From Paraspadella gotoi (taxonomy: Eukaryota; Animalia; Chaetognatha): a stretch of 64,000 nucleotides of DNA. This document shows, one piece after another, positions 1-17,132 of this stretch (the first letter of the stretch is position 1; the number at the start of each line of letters is the position of its first letter). A program made the position numbers and the translations under genes. The stretch covers positions 22,628,580 to 22,692,579 of the forward strand of contig CM119268.1 in the NCBI GenBank assembly GCA_051294375.1, written 5' to 3'. The notes below the pieces were generated by a model, which ran no database searches, was not told where the DNA came from, and saw only the letters and a program-made list of their open reading frames with translations.

Positions 1-101
1 TCTTCGGCGACGCATGATTTTCACGTGACGATCACGTGATTTCAACGAGATCGTCTCTCGATCGATCTCCGCCTCCCAACTCTTCCACCCCCCCGTTCGA
101 A

Positions 102-4858
<4,757 letters not shown>

Positions 4859-7800
4859 GGTCTACTGATGGGGGAGAAGGGCGTCTCGTCGAGGAGCGAT
4901 GGTGGCCTGGTGGGAGGCGGAAGAGAAGAAGTTCGTTTGACGCCAAGAAAGAAAGAAGTCGTCGGTCGAATTGAGTAATAAAAAACGGAATTAACCCGAA
5001 TCACGTAAAACAATTCGGTCGAGTCGCAATTAATTTCCCCGAATGTTAATCGAATTAAAGGAAGGAGAGACCGCATGTTGCGAAGTCGAGAGAGAGAAAC
5101 AAATGGACAACGTTTTTCGAGAAAGTCACTCGTGAAGGGGGGGGGAGAGAAGAGAACCTCTTTTCAATTCCCCACTTGATTTATTAACTATACTAATTAT
5201 CGTCCCTCAACCCCCAAACAAAAAAAGGGGGAACAAAAAAGAAAAAACACCATAAATTAAGACGAAAAATTGGTTCGGTTTAAAAAAAAAAAACAAAACA
5301 AAAAAAAAACCGGGAGAAATACGTCATTCTCCCCGCGAAGTCGTAAAATAAAAGTTCTCGCGAATAACAACCACAACAACAACACCTCTCGGACGGGCCA
5401 CCCCGAGGCTTTCCCTCCCGTCACTCTCTCTGGGATCGTAAAAAACAAGGCAGCCTACGATCGAGACCTAAACGAACAAACAATAACAACAACAACGACA
5501 AACGAAGAATCAATAACAACAACAACGATAAATGAGGGCCCCGATTACCCGAGGGATGAGGGGCGGTCGTAACTTACCATGAACTGGAGAGTTGGTCCCG
5601 CGCGTCCCGACGAAGTTGATCCGAGGGGTTTTTATAAGAGAGTAAGTGAAGACGCGAAGGGGAAAAGTCAAGTTAATTAAAAGGGGAAGAGAAGAGAGGA
5701 TAAACTATATAAATTCTCTCTCTCTCTCTTTCTCTCTATCCATCGTTTTCAATCCTTCACTTTTTTTTCTCTCTCTCTCTCTATCGACTGGTTGAACGAT
5801 AAAACACTACCAGATATGTGGGGTATTTTGTCCGAGCGGAGAGAGAGAGAGAGAGAAAAGAGGGCGAGCGGGAGAGAGTTGAGACGATGGAGAGCGAGCG
5901 ATGGAGAAAGGTGAATCGCCGACAAACTAGAGAGAGAGAGGCCGAGAGAGAGAGAGAGAAAAAAAGTCTCGACGCATTTGAGGGACGAATTGAATGATGT
6001 ATCTTTGTTTCGGTAGACGGACGTTGTCCTTCGTTTATAAACGAGAAACAGGCACGCGTGGTGGAGGGGGAGAGGGAGAGAGAGATGATCAGTGACACAC
6101 TTTACGTGAGATTTGAATGACGTGAAGTGAAAAAAATACAGAGGGAGAGAGAAAGAGGGAGGAAAAGTGGCCAAAATCAGATTTTTTAAAAAAAATCTTT
6201 GCCCAAGTTTTTTTTAATTCTGTGGTTAAACAACGAAGGAAATTCCGTCAATCGTTTTAAAGGCGGCGAGTAGAGTATTTCATCTTTTCAATTTAAGCGC
6301 AGATAATCTTCGTCATTCCACTATTTCCTTTTCGCCTTTTTTTTTTCTTTCCCAGTTGCGAGAACGAGACAAAAAGTCGTCGAGTTCTCTCTCTCGTTTT
6401 GGCATTTAGGGATTGGCAATTGCCCAGATGGCCAAAGTTATTGCAGATTCGAAGTAATAAAAGCGGGAAAAAGGGGCGGAGGGAAATCTCTTTTTTTTTG
6501 GTAGTAAGGCGAGTAGAAGGAGATGTGTTAGGATGGGGGGGGGGAGGGTCGATGGGGATGTTGAAGAAGACGATGGGGAAATGTTAAAGAGGGCGTTGCG
6601 CCGTAGATTTTGCGAGTTTGTCCTTGAATCGTGACGAGTACGACGTCCGGGCGCCCGATTCCCACGCCCGAGTTGCGCAGCCCCAACGGAAAATGCCCCA
6701 ACGGAAAATAAGGAAACAAATTGTGCGGGAGAGCGATTGCCTTTAAAAGTTGAACGATGCCGAAGAGCGGATGCCAAAGTATTGCAGCTCAAGAAAGAGA
6801 GCGAATGCCCAAGAGCGAATTTTGCCTCATCGATTTTAAAGACGATTTTTTTTATCCGTTGAATGAAATCATTTCGTCGAAGACCCGAGGGGAAAAAAAA
6901 ACTCTGGCCTACATTTCCGATTATCGTTTTAAAAATGCAATGATTAAAATTTTTGTTATCGTTTATCATTTATATTTGATATTTGCGTTTCGTTCACTTT
7001 TCGCAACGATTCGCGAGTGGAACATTTCGATAATTTTTTTTCCCTTTTGTATTTTCAATATTCAGTTTTCGTGTGCTCTTATTATTTTTATTATTACTAT
7101 TATTTTCAAGATTCAGTTTTCGTGTGCGATTATTTCCGTCGATCGAAAAGTCGAGGGCGAAAATATCCTTTTCGCTCGCGTCGGTCAGAAAGAGAGAGAG
7201 AGTGCGCTCTCAATCTCTCTCTCTCGCTCGCTCTCTTCTTTTTCCAGACACGTGATCGTGACTTTTAATCGATGATCACGTGACCCCTTCCGAACCAAAG
7301 AGAAAGAGAGAATTTAGCGGCGGCGAAGTTGATTCGATTAGCGCCGGTCGGCGGGGGGAAGGAGGAGGATGAGGAGGAGGAGGAAGAGAGGATCGACGTC
7401 CTTCGACTAAAAAAGGGAAGAAAAAATAATCTGAGGGTCTCCAGGTTATTTCTCGGGGGTTCAATGAACGACGCGAACGATAGCGAGAGCGAGGCGGGTT
7501 AATAAAAGAGAGAGAGAACGAGACGCCCGAAGCCGCGCGCGCGTTAGTGAGTCTCTTTCCGGAGAGGATTTATAACCCAATTTACTCTCTCTCTCTCTCT
7601 CTCTCTTTGTTTTTAAGCTTCGTTTCTCGATTATGTTTCAATTTGTCAAATTCGCTCGAAAAAAAAAATTATTTCATCGTTTTGAGCAGAAATTAATGAT
7701 TTTTTTTTATTTTGTGAAGCGCGCGGGATTTTTTAAAATGTAATTTTTTTCGCGATGAATTGGAAGGCAGTTTTTTTTTTCTTTCGAAGCCAAAGGATGA

Positions 7801-8065
7801 AAGATCGAACGAATGAATCTTTACGACAGATTTCTTTTTTTTATTTTTTAACTCGATCGATTCGGAAAGAGAAATATTTATAACAAATCCTTTTTTTAAA
7901 CTTTCTTTTAGCTTTATGTTACTTTAAAAACGAGTCTCGATTTTTTTTATTTTAACGGTTTTTAAAATAAATTCGCCGTTTGTAAAACTAGAAATTAAAT
8001 AAAATGTAATAAAAATTTTAATCACAAATATGCTATAAACAATGATTCGTTTCGAGGTGAATAAA

Positions 8066-8067
<2 letters not shown>

Positions 8068-8144
<77 letters not shown>

Positions 8145-8462
8145 ACTACTGGAAATCAGATTTGTGGGTCGATTGTCGTTTCTCAACGAAAACCCGAGGG
8201 CGAGTCGCTCGGAGACCGATCCAAAATAATCATTAGGCAAAGAAAAAAAAATCTGTAATCAGTGATGTAAAAAATTTAAAAAAATAAATAAACTAAGCGC
8301 CCGATACGAGCAGAATTTAAAAAAAAAGAAAATCAAATTCGTTTAGTTTTCCTTAAAAAAAAAAGAAAAAAGAAAAGTGACTTTTGATTTCGTGGAAAAA
8401 AATCCTGAGTCATCGACATCGTTTCATCGTCGCCAATCCGAAAAAAAGGGAGTGGAGGCTGT

Positions 8463-8541
<79 letters not shown>

Positions 8542-8563
8542 GAGAGAGAGAAAGAGAGAGAGA

Positions 8564-8619
<56 letters not shown>

Positions 8620-8647
8620 GAAATACTACCGCTACAAAGTCACTTTG

Positions 8648-8720
<73 letters not shown>
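8068..8720. repeat. (GA)n microsatellite tracts (8068-8140, 8461-8598, 8651-8718)
   Basis: Directly visible dinucleotide runs. Confidence 0.95.
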
Positions 8721-8727
<7 letters not shown>

Positions 8728-9038
8728 TAAATGAAATTGAATAAAAACCAAAGGCTTTTAAGTTACATCCGTCGACGTCTCTTTTCATCGAGGAAGACAA
8801 AGAAGTCTTGACAGATTACTGTCGCATCGGAGTTCGACGAGGCCTTGCGGGAGACCGAGTGTTTCGACGTCTCTATCTCTATCCGGAGATCGAGAGTGGA
8901 GATCGACCACCACGAAGGAGGACAAAGGATTTTGACAACAAAAGAAGACGATGAACAAAGACGACAGAGATTGCCTTTCATCTCAGCAGAAAACTCCGGC
9001 CTAACGCGGTCGTCTCGATCGTTCGATCATTCCATCTT

Positions 9039-10362
9039 TCAAGAGACTGAAGCGTCGAATCTCCGCCAATCCACATTTTCAAATTCCTCGCAAACGACGG
9101 ACGTCCAAGACCCTTGTTTTTGTTGTTGTTGTTTTCCTCGAGCCTCTCCATCCCGTCTGTAGGCGATGACTCGACACGGATGCAGATTCTCCGCATCCAA
9201 GATGGCGGAGCGAATGATCCTCAAACAGTTCGTCGAGATCCCGCCCTCTTCCTCCTCTCCGCCTTCCCAGTCCGCCTCGGACAGGCTCGGCTTGTTCAGT
9301 TGTTTTCCGTGAAAGGAGGTGGCGCTGGCGGTTTTGAGGAAAAGGGCGGAGAGGCGGCGCCAACGGGCGGCGGGGAGACGAAGGAGGGATTGGACGAGGC
9401 GGATATCGGGGAGAGAGGCGGGGGAAGAACTGATAGGAGAGTTGAAAAAATGGGAAAGATTGTGAATAAAGGAGCAGAGAAAATGGGGTATAAAAGGCGG
9501 AGGGAGAAGACAAAAAATAAATGAGTAAATCCATCTTTGCTAATCTTTATAAAGTCTTATTAAAAGTATCGCGACAACAGTAAAAAAAACCTCTAAGAAA
9601 CTCCAATAAAAATATACGAGATATTTTTTTAAACTGCTACAATATGCAAATGAGGTTTAAGTACTCGGCTGAAACGGACAAGTAATTCCCCTACCAAAAT
9701 ATAGAAAGGATCAAGTCATACAGAAAAATAAACTAACCCTTACCCACCCTTCAACCTCACCAAGTCCCATCCTCGACGAGGACGGTTCCTCCGCCGCGAA
9801 CTTCGAATCTTTCCGGCGTCAACGACTCCGCTATTTCCGTTTGATTCAAATCCGCGCCGGCAGGAATGGCAGCGGCGGAGCCGCACCGCCGCGGAGGAAC
9901 GCCGCAGCACCGGCAAACGACTTGGAAGTGGAGACGTTGGACGTAAACGACGCGACCGAGCGTCCACCACCGGCCACGGATGTTCGAGCGATCGTCGGAC
10001 GCCGTCTCAACCAACGCGTCGCGAAAGAACTTAAAGCCGTAGCGGTTTCCGGCGCACGTTACGCTGAAACCGGATAGAGAAAAAAGAGCGGCGGACGGCG
10101 GCGATACAATGTCGCAACTGTTAGACGGGAAACCATTTTCCTCATATTTCTTTTTTTCCTGACTTTCTCCGAAGTTTTCATCCGTTTTTTCGACCAAGAT
10201 TTTTCGGACGTCAAGACTCTTGGGCGCGTTTTGGTCGAGATGGCGAACCTCTCTCGTCTCTCCCGCTCGCGAATACGCGTCGCCTTCCAGCGGCGAAGAA
10301 TCGTCGTCGTCGTCGAAAAGATTCACTGCGCTGCAGTCCAAAAGGGCGGAGGCTGCGGTCAT
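9039..10362 (-). CDS. two-exon gene (~9761-10362, 9039-~9429), ~330 aa; possibly a divergent proteasome assembly chaperone 1 (PSMG1/PAC1)-like protein
   Basis: ORF 9757-10362 ends at donor TG|GTGAGG; acceptor tcctatcag|T joins in frame to ORF 9039-9224. Weak recalled similarity to PSMG1: REVRHLDQNAPKSLDV ~ REVRLLRRQTKTSLEV, AGNRYGFKF ~ IGNNAVAF, WWTLG ~ WEEVG, LFLKTASATSF ~ PFLRALKTQNF. Confidence 0.45.
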
Positions 10363-10918
10363 TGTCGCCGCAGCCGTAAAAGGCCGACGCAGGAGATAAA
10401 AATATCAAGACCAGAGAATTGGAATTAATTCGTGAGAGGCGATTGAGAAGAGAAACTGGACTAGGCTGAAAACGGAACAAATTTTTTTAATGATGGCAAT
10501 AAAACAATAATAATAATAATAATAATAATAATATTAAGAAGAAAAAATAATAAAGAATTCTAAACGAGCCTCAATTTGGTAAATTCGTAAATTCCTCGGG
10601 TCGTTAGGGCGAAGAGACAACGTCGAGGGGAGAGGGTGGGGAAGGAAGGTAAGAAAGGGCAGAGGTGGGGGGGGGAGAATCGAAGAAGGCTATCACAGAG
10701 AATCGATTCAAACGGGAGAAATAGACAGAGCGGGGTAGTGTTGTTCCAAGTTTGGAGGAATGCCGGATTTAAATCATTTCCCGTTGAAATTTTTCATGAT
10801 CAGTTTTCGATTTCATTTTCCTCCTTTCCTTTGCTCCACTCGCTTCCCTCTCCTTTCTTTCCTCCTTTCCTTTCCTATCCTTTCTTTCCTCCTTTCATTT
10901 TCCCCGTCGCCTCCCACA

Positions 10919-13347
10919 TCAACTCATCACCTCCTCCTCCTCTTCTTCCTCTTCCTCCCCGTTCTCCTCCTCCTTCTCCCCCTCCGCCTCCATCAACTCC
11001 TCCAACCCGCTCAACAATTCCGCCAACGCCCTCCGCTTGAACCTCAGCGCCTCCCGCTGCGCGATCCGCACCAGCAGCAGCCGCCGCGGCGCCGGGTGCT
11101 TCGCGTCCGAGAGGATGGCGAAGAGAGCGTTGAAGTTTTTGCCCGGGCGCCGGACTTCGTTGAGGACGGAGCGTTTGAGCGCCGGGGCGATGGAATCGGC
11201 GCCGGAATCCGCGGCAGCGCCGTCTAATGCAGTCTGGTGGCGGAGAGATGATTTAGGAGAGAGTCGTTCGTCGTTGTTGTTGTCGGGAGAGGAAGAAGAC
11301 AAGAGACGAGCGACGACGGAGGACGAGGCGGCGCCGTTGCAGAGCGCCGGTGGCGGCGTTTTGGCGCCGGCTTCGGCGCCGAGGCGGGACGACGTCAACC
11401 ACCTCGCCAGATCCGGCGACGCGGGGTCTTTGGAATGGAGGTGGTGAGGGGGCGTGGACGGCGTCGCGTCGAGGGGAACGATGTGGGCGGAGAGAGGGAG
11501 ACCGCCGTTGGAGAGGGGCTCTGAAAGAACGGGACCTGGAAGAGTTGGGGAAAGAGGGGGAGGAAGTCTAGACATTAAACAAACAAACAAATAGCAATTC
11601 TTTCTTCCCGCCCTTTTCACCTTCGCCCTTGTCCATGTACTGCACGTCTTCCAAGTCCTCGGACTCTAGGAGGAGGAGATCCTCCTCCGTGAAGTCTTCA
11701 TCCGCGGAACCGGTCGTCGACGAGGCCGGCGACGTCGGCGGCGAAAGCAGCGGCGATCGGAGAGAGTTGATCGTGAAATCGCGCGGGAGAGGACCGGGCT
11801 TTCGCTTTGGGCGCGGGGAGCCGGGCACGCCGTCTGAAATGTATTGCGATAAATTAAATGATAGAAAGATAATGATCGTGGATAATATAGTAAAACAGAA
11901 TCTGACCGAGGGTCGGGGCGAGGCGCTTCCGGTCGCGACCCTGAGGAGAGTTTCCAACTTCGTCGATCTCGTCCGCCATCATGGATTTGTTCACCTTGAA
12001 CGGGTTACCGAACATGTGCTGCCTGTAAGGGGGGGAAGGGTTGGGGTGGGAAACGGTGAACAATAGAAAATAGAGCAAGTTATATTATAGGGGTGAAATA
12101 AGTACAGTGTCGCAAATAGGGGGGAGGGGAGAAGAGTGGGAGCAAGGTGGGAATAGTGATATGAAGCCGAGTTATAAAAGATTAACATTTAATGCAAGAA
12201 GAATTGAGTATTCTTTAATAACATTTGCATATTGCTGTGTTGAGATGAACTTGCCAAAAGTCTCGCAAATTTTTTTTTCCAGTTCTATTCTGAAAAGCTG
12301 CTCTGAGGGATCAATATTATGAGAAACAAAAACTTCGCAAGACACAACACAACACAACACAACACAACACAACACAAAACAACACAACACAACACAACAC
12401 AACACAACGGGCTGCGACTTTCTCTAAATCGATCTTGTGAGAACAAAGTCGTTAATCGATGTCTTGAAAATGAATATAATGCTTGGATGTACCCCACCTG
12501 ACGGGGATGTTCTCCACTTCTCTCAGCGGAGGCGGCATCCTCTTCAAGTAGTCCTGATAGTTGCCCATTTCCTGAACGGGGATGGCGTGGCGTTGGTCGT
12601 CGTCTTGCATCTGCACCCACGATGCCTTCTTCTTCAAGAGGTTCGCCCGCATCTTCGCCACGTGGGAGATGAGGCTCTTGCGAGGAATGTCGAACGGGTT
12701 GCGGAAACTCTGGAGGAACAAAGGAGTTTAATTAAAAACTCTCTCTCTCTCTCTCAACCCTTCAAAAAAAAACAAAACAAAACAAACCTGCAATGAAATG
12801 TTGGGCTCTTTGATCGCGAGAGAGAAATTGGGAAACTCCTTTAGTTCCGATCGAAGGTTCGACAGAGTGGAGAGATTCCCGGAGACGCTCTCCAACAGCT
12901 CGTCGAAGTCTCGGCGCTGGAGGATGGACGAGCCTGCAGTTTACGAGGGGGAGGAAGTTATTTACATGCATCGATATATTATAATTAACTTTTTAAACTC
13001 ACTCGGTGGGTTGGACCTTTCAACAACTTTAATGCCATCGGCGCAAAGGGGGACCTTTTGCCCGACCATCCCGACCATTCGTTCGAACTCAACCTGAAGA
13101 ATAAAGAAATTTCGAGAACAAAAAAAGAATAAATATAAAAGTTGAGATATAAAGTATGAACCAACGTTAAACGAACCTTGGCCTCGTTTTTCTTTTTTTT
13201 CAGTTGCGCCATGATGGAATAGGAGAGACACGAGTCGGACACGGTGTCGGGAACGAGATTGGGAACGCCCATTCTCTGAGACAAAGTTCGGGGAAGATTG
13301 AGTGATTAATTTTTTCTTTCTCTTTCTCACTTTCTTTCTCGACCCTT

Positions 13348-13404
<57 letters not shown>

Positions 13405-16400
13405 CCTCCTAACCTGCAACGCCCTCCTTAGCGGCGTGGCGTAGTAGGGCGGCATTGAGGCGAGGTAAGCGTCGAAGGCCTGGCGCCATTCCTTGGGCGG
13501 CTTCAGTTTGTTGTGCTTCTTCAAAAGTTCGTCGAGAAGAGGAAGGAGGACGGGGTAGTTGTAGGGCATCACGAAGAGATTCACGCAGCTCAAGTTCGTC
13601 GAGGCTTTGAGGTAACCGAAGGGCGAGGAAATGTCCGTCTCTCTCCCGCTCGAACTCACGAACACCTGAGGGCGAATGAGAGAGAATGAAATATAATCCC
13701 TGGTACGAGTGCGGAATTATATCGATCGAAAAGTGTTGAAAAACTCATTTGCATATCGCAGCCATTGAGATGAATGTTTAAAAATATTAATATTTCAAAA
13801 TTTTAAGAATATATATGGTTCTTATAAACTAATTTTTGAGTAGGATGAGAAAGGAAAAGGAAGCAATAGAATTTGGAACTATTTAAAAATCTTGATATTG
13901 TGGCGGTATATTCACACCGCCTCACATCCACCATCGTTCAGCCAAATCCATTGGCTCAGAGGGGGAACACACCATCCCAGGCGTAGTGTTCCATCCATAG
14001 TCCTAACGACTTCCCTCTGCGTTGGCAAAGCGAGACCGTCCTAATGGGCATCACAGGCAACCCGGTTGTTGCCATAATATCATATTAAAATGCTGAAATT
14101 AAAAGAATCGCTCAAAATATTAGTCTTGACATTCTTTCAGCCAACATTGCTCATATCAAAACTATTCCATTTTTAGGAGCATTGCATTGGAAAGAAACCT
14201 TGGAAAGAAACCTTGGAAAGAAACCTTGAGACAAAAAATAAATAAAACCTGAAGGTAGTTAAAAACGTTGCAGTAAGAAATAAATATTAAGCTACCTGCC
14301 AGCAGATGTGGGGTTGTTTTCTCTCCAAGATGAATTGGGTCAGCGGCGAAGGTTCCAACTCGTACTTGTCGAAAGGGAGATTCTCAACGACCATGGGTTC
14401 GCAGGGAGAGCAGCTGAACTTGAGGACAGGGTGGGCGTGTCTTGGCGGAAGGCGGGTCAGCTTCAAGTCAGGCCAGAAGGACTCGGGGATTGGCCAGTGG
14501 CCTAGTGAGGGGAAAGAGGGTGAAAAACGGGGAAGGAGAGTGAGAAGGAATAAAAAGAAGAGGGGAAAGGCAAGGAAGAGATATCCATTGTTAAAATGAA
14601 AACATTTGAGAAAGATGAGAATGAGATTTAAAAAGGACAAGAATAAGCGTCATACGTCGCTATTACGCAATATGTAGCGACGTTTTCGATAACATATAAA
14701 GAGGAACGAACTCTTATAAGTTCTCCCTCTTTCAACTAATTCAATTGAACTAAACCTCACCGACTGAGTATCCCTTTTGTGCGCTGCGCTGCACGTAAAT
14801 TAATTTGCGACACGAATGCCAGAGAGAGTTGGCGGCGCCAGCGGCGGCGCCGTTGGGGGGCGAGGGCGTTCCCTCGATGTCCTGAAAATGGCGCGAAAGG
14901 ATATGAATTGTTAAAACTATTTTTTTTATTATTTATGAAATTCATCGTCACCTTCGCGACTCCGTTTTCGTCGTCGTTGGCGTCGCCGTTTTCGTGGCTT
15001 CGATTCGTTGGAGGATCGGGTCCGATCTTCTCGAAATGAATCACGACTCCGCCTAAAATCAGATTTATGGGTAAAAGTGTAGTAGTCTTTATTTTAATTA
15101 CATATTAATTAAATATTCCATCCCTTTTTCGTCTCGTCTCTTTCTGGTCTCTCTGTCTCAATTTTCATTATTGTCCTTCTCGTCTCTTTCCAATCTCTCT
15201 CTCATCTCTTTGTCATTAAGTTCCCATTTCTTTTCCGTCTCTTTTCATCTCCTTCCCATATCAGTATCTCTCTTCCCATCTTACTTCCAGAGCCCTCCCA
15301 CTTCCACTCACCCTGCAACTTTTGCACGACGGACTCGAGGCACTGGTTGAGCGCCTTTTGCGAGGCGATGAGGTACGACCGCCCGCCCGTCTCTTCGCAG
15401 AGGGCGTTGAGGGGCGAGCGGTCGGCGGGCTGGACGAATCCCGCGCCCGCCTCTTGATGATCGACCGGGTGGTGACCGGGCAGAGAGAGAACGAAGGAGA
15501 AGACTCGTTGGTCCCATCGAAAGGGTTCCAGGGTCAGGTCGGCGCCCGGCAGCTGCGGTTCCTGCGGCAGGATGAGTCTGTCCTGGACGCGGCCCTGCAG
15601 AAAAAGCTTTCCGCCGTCGGTGATGGTGATGAGGACGGCGGGCTCGAAGTAAAAGGGACACCGGCCCATCCCGTACGTGTCGATACCCGTCGACATCCGG
15701 TTGACGTTGAGAAGATCGAAGGCTTGTTTGAGGGCGAACCCCGTGTTGGAGAGGCCGACGGCTGTCAAGGGGAGAGAATGGAGAGGGCTAAGGATATCAT
15801 GTCAAATACATCAGACCAAGACGAGTCAAAACGACGACCAAGTATTTTTTACGATTAAGTTGCCATTGGAAACTGACTCGCATAACGTGAATCAGCGTTA
15901 CTAACTAGTGATTATTGTTGATCTTACTTAAAGTTTCCAAACAGAATTAATTAGTTATTGCCTCTGTTAATACGCTTTATTACACAAATAGCGAATTTTT
16001 TTTTTTACCAAATACACCTTTAATTTCTCTCCATAATTGTGGTTTATTTCAGTCACCGCACCATCGTATTTCTAGAGAGGCACACCTTGAAGATTCTTGA
16101 GTTCGTGCATGAAGGTGGCGTGGGATTCCTTCCATCCGGCCTTCACGTTTCCAGGTGGATCCTCGAACGTCAACAGCATGTAACGGTCGGCTCGATGGGC
16201 GGGGTCGCGCTGACGAATTTTCATGAATACCTCCACCGCCCCTAAAGAGGGAAGATGATTAAAAGACAAGTCTATGAAGAGAGAGTTTGGTCTCATTTTA
16301 GTTGTGGTCTCTCGCCAGTTATTCTTCCTCTTTACCTTTGGCAATGTCGAGGTAGGTGGTTCCCAGGTAAGTTCGTTGGTTCATCGACGCCGAAGTGTCG

Positions 16401-16423
16401 ATGAGAAAAAGAATGATGGTCAT
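10919..16423 (-). CDS. INTS6: Integrator complex subunit 6 (VWA domain; multi-exon)
   Basis: Start MTIILFLIDTSASMNQRTYLGTTYLDIAK; DRYMLLTFEDPP...KAGWKESHATFMHELKNL; AFDLLNVNRMSTGIDTYGMGR; EPFRWDQR; GHWPIPESFWPD; PFDKYELEPSPLTQFILER; PFGYLKAST; MGNYQDYLK; HMFGNPFK; C-terminal EVRRPGKNF...EALRFKRRAL. Confidence 0.96.
12342..12407. repeat. (AACAC)n pentanucleotide microsatellite in an INTS6 intron
   Basis: About 13 visible units. Confidence 0.9.
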
Positions 16424-17132
16424 TTTTTTTTTTTTTTGGTTTGTTTGTTTCAAGTTTAAGTTTAAATCTTCGCCCGCTCGGGTAAACAAACGCTTTACGA
16501 GTGCATCGTCGCCGAGTAACCCAAATTACTGAGCGATAAATCTTTTTAAGAAAAAAAAAACAAAGACAACGTAGTACGGTTGAACATAATTTTAAGTTTT
16601 TATAACAATCTGATTTAATGTATCGTGAAGAGCGACAACAACAGGAAGAAAAAAAACACGTCTGGATTTTGCGATAAAAAGAATCTAAAGTAAATGATCC
16701 GAAGTATAACGCGGGCTAAAAAAAACTCAGGATGCGCTCTCTCTCCGTAGGAGCGCATCATGGGAGTGCAGTATTTTCCGCTTTGATAAGTAAATAATAA
16801 ACGTTTAGTTTTAGGATCAGCGACGAAACCCCCATCGATCAATCTATATTTTACAATCGATCAACTCTCTCTCTTCACCGCTGGTTAATATAATTAATAT
16901 TAATAATATTTTAATATCACTGCAAAACAAGAAAGACGCAAGAATTCTTTCGCATCGGCATCTGGATGGGCAGGGTCAGAGCGACAAAAAACGAATAAAA
17001 AGAAGGCAAGACAGAAAATTATATAATCCTAAAGAAAACAAGTCGACCTAAACGCAACTCAATTCCCCCCCCTCCGGCCCCGGTGTCCTCACCATCCCTT
17101 CCCCCCCCCTTTTCCCCGCCAAACCCACTAAC

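Noticed and set aside
5571-5600. ATG|GTAAGT micro-exon as an alternative Fer start
   Set aside because: The donor looks real, but the nearest acceptor (catcag|TAG) gives an immediate stop; more likely a 5' UTR exon, and unresolved without RNA data.
8042-8800. RE-repeat and SL-repeat ORFs
   Set aside because: Translations of (GA)n microsatellites.
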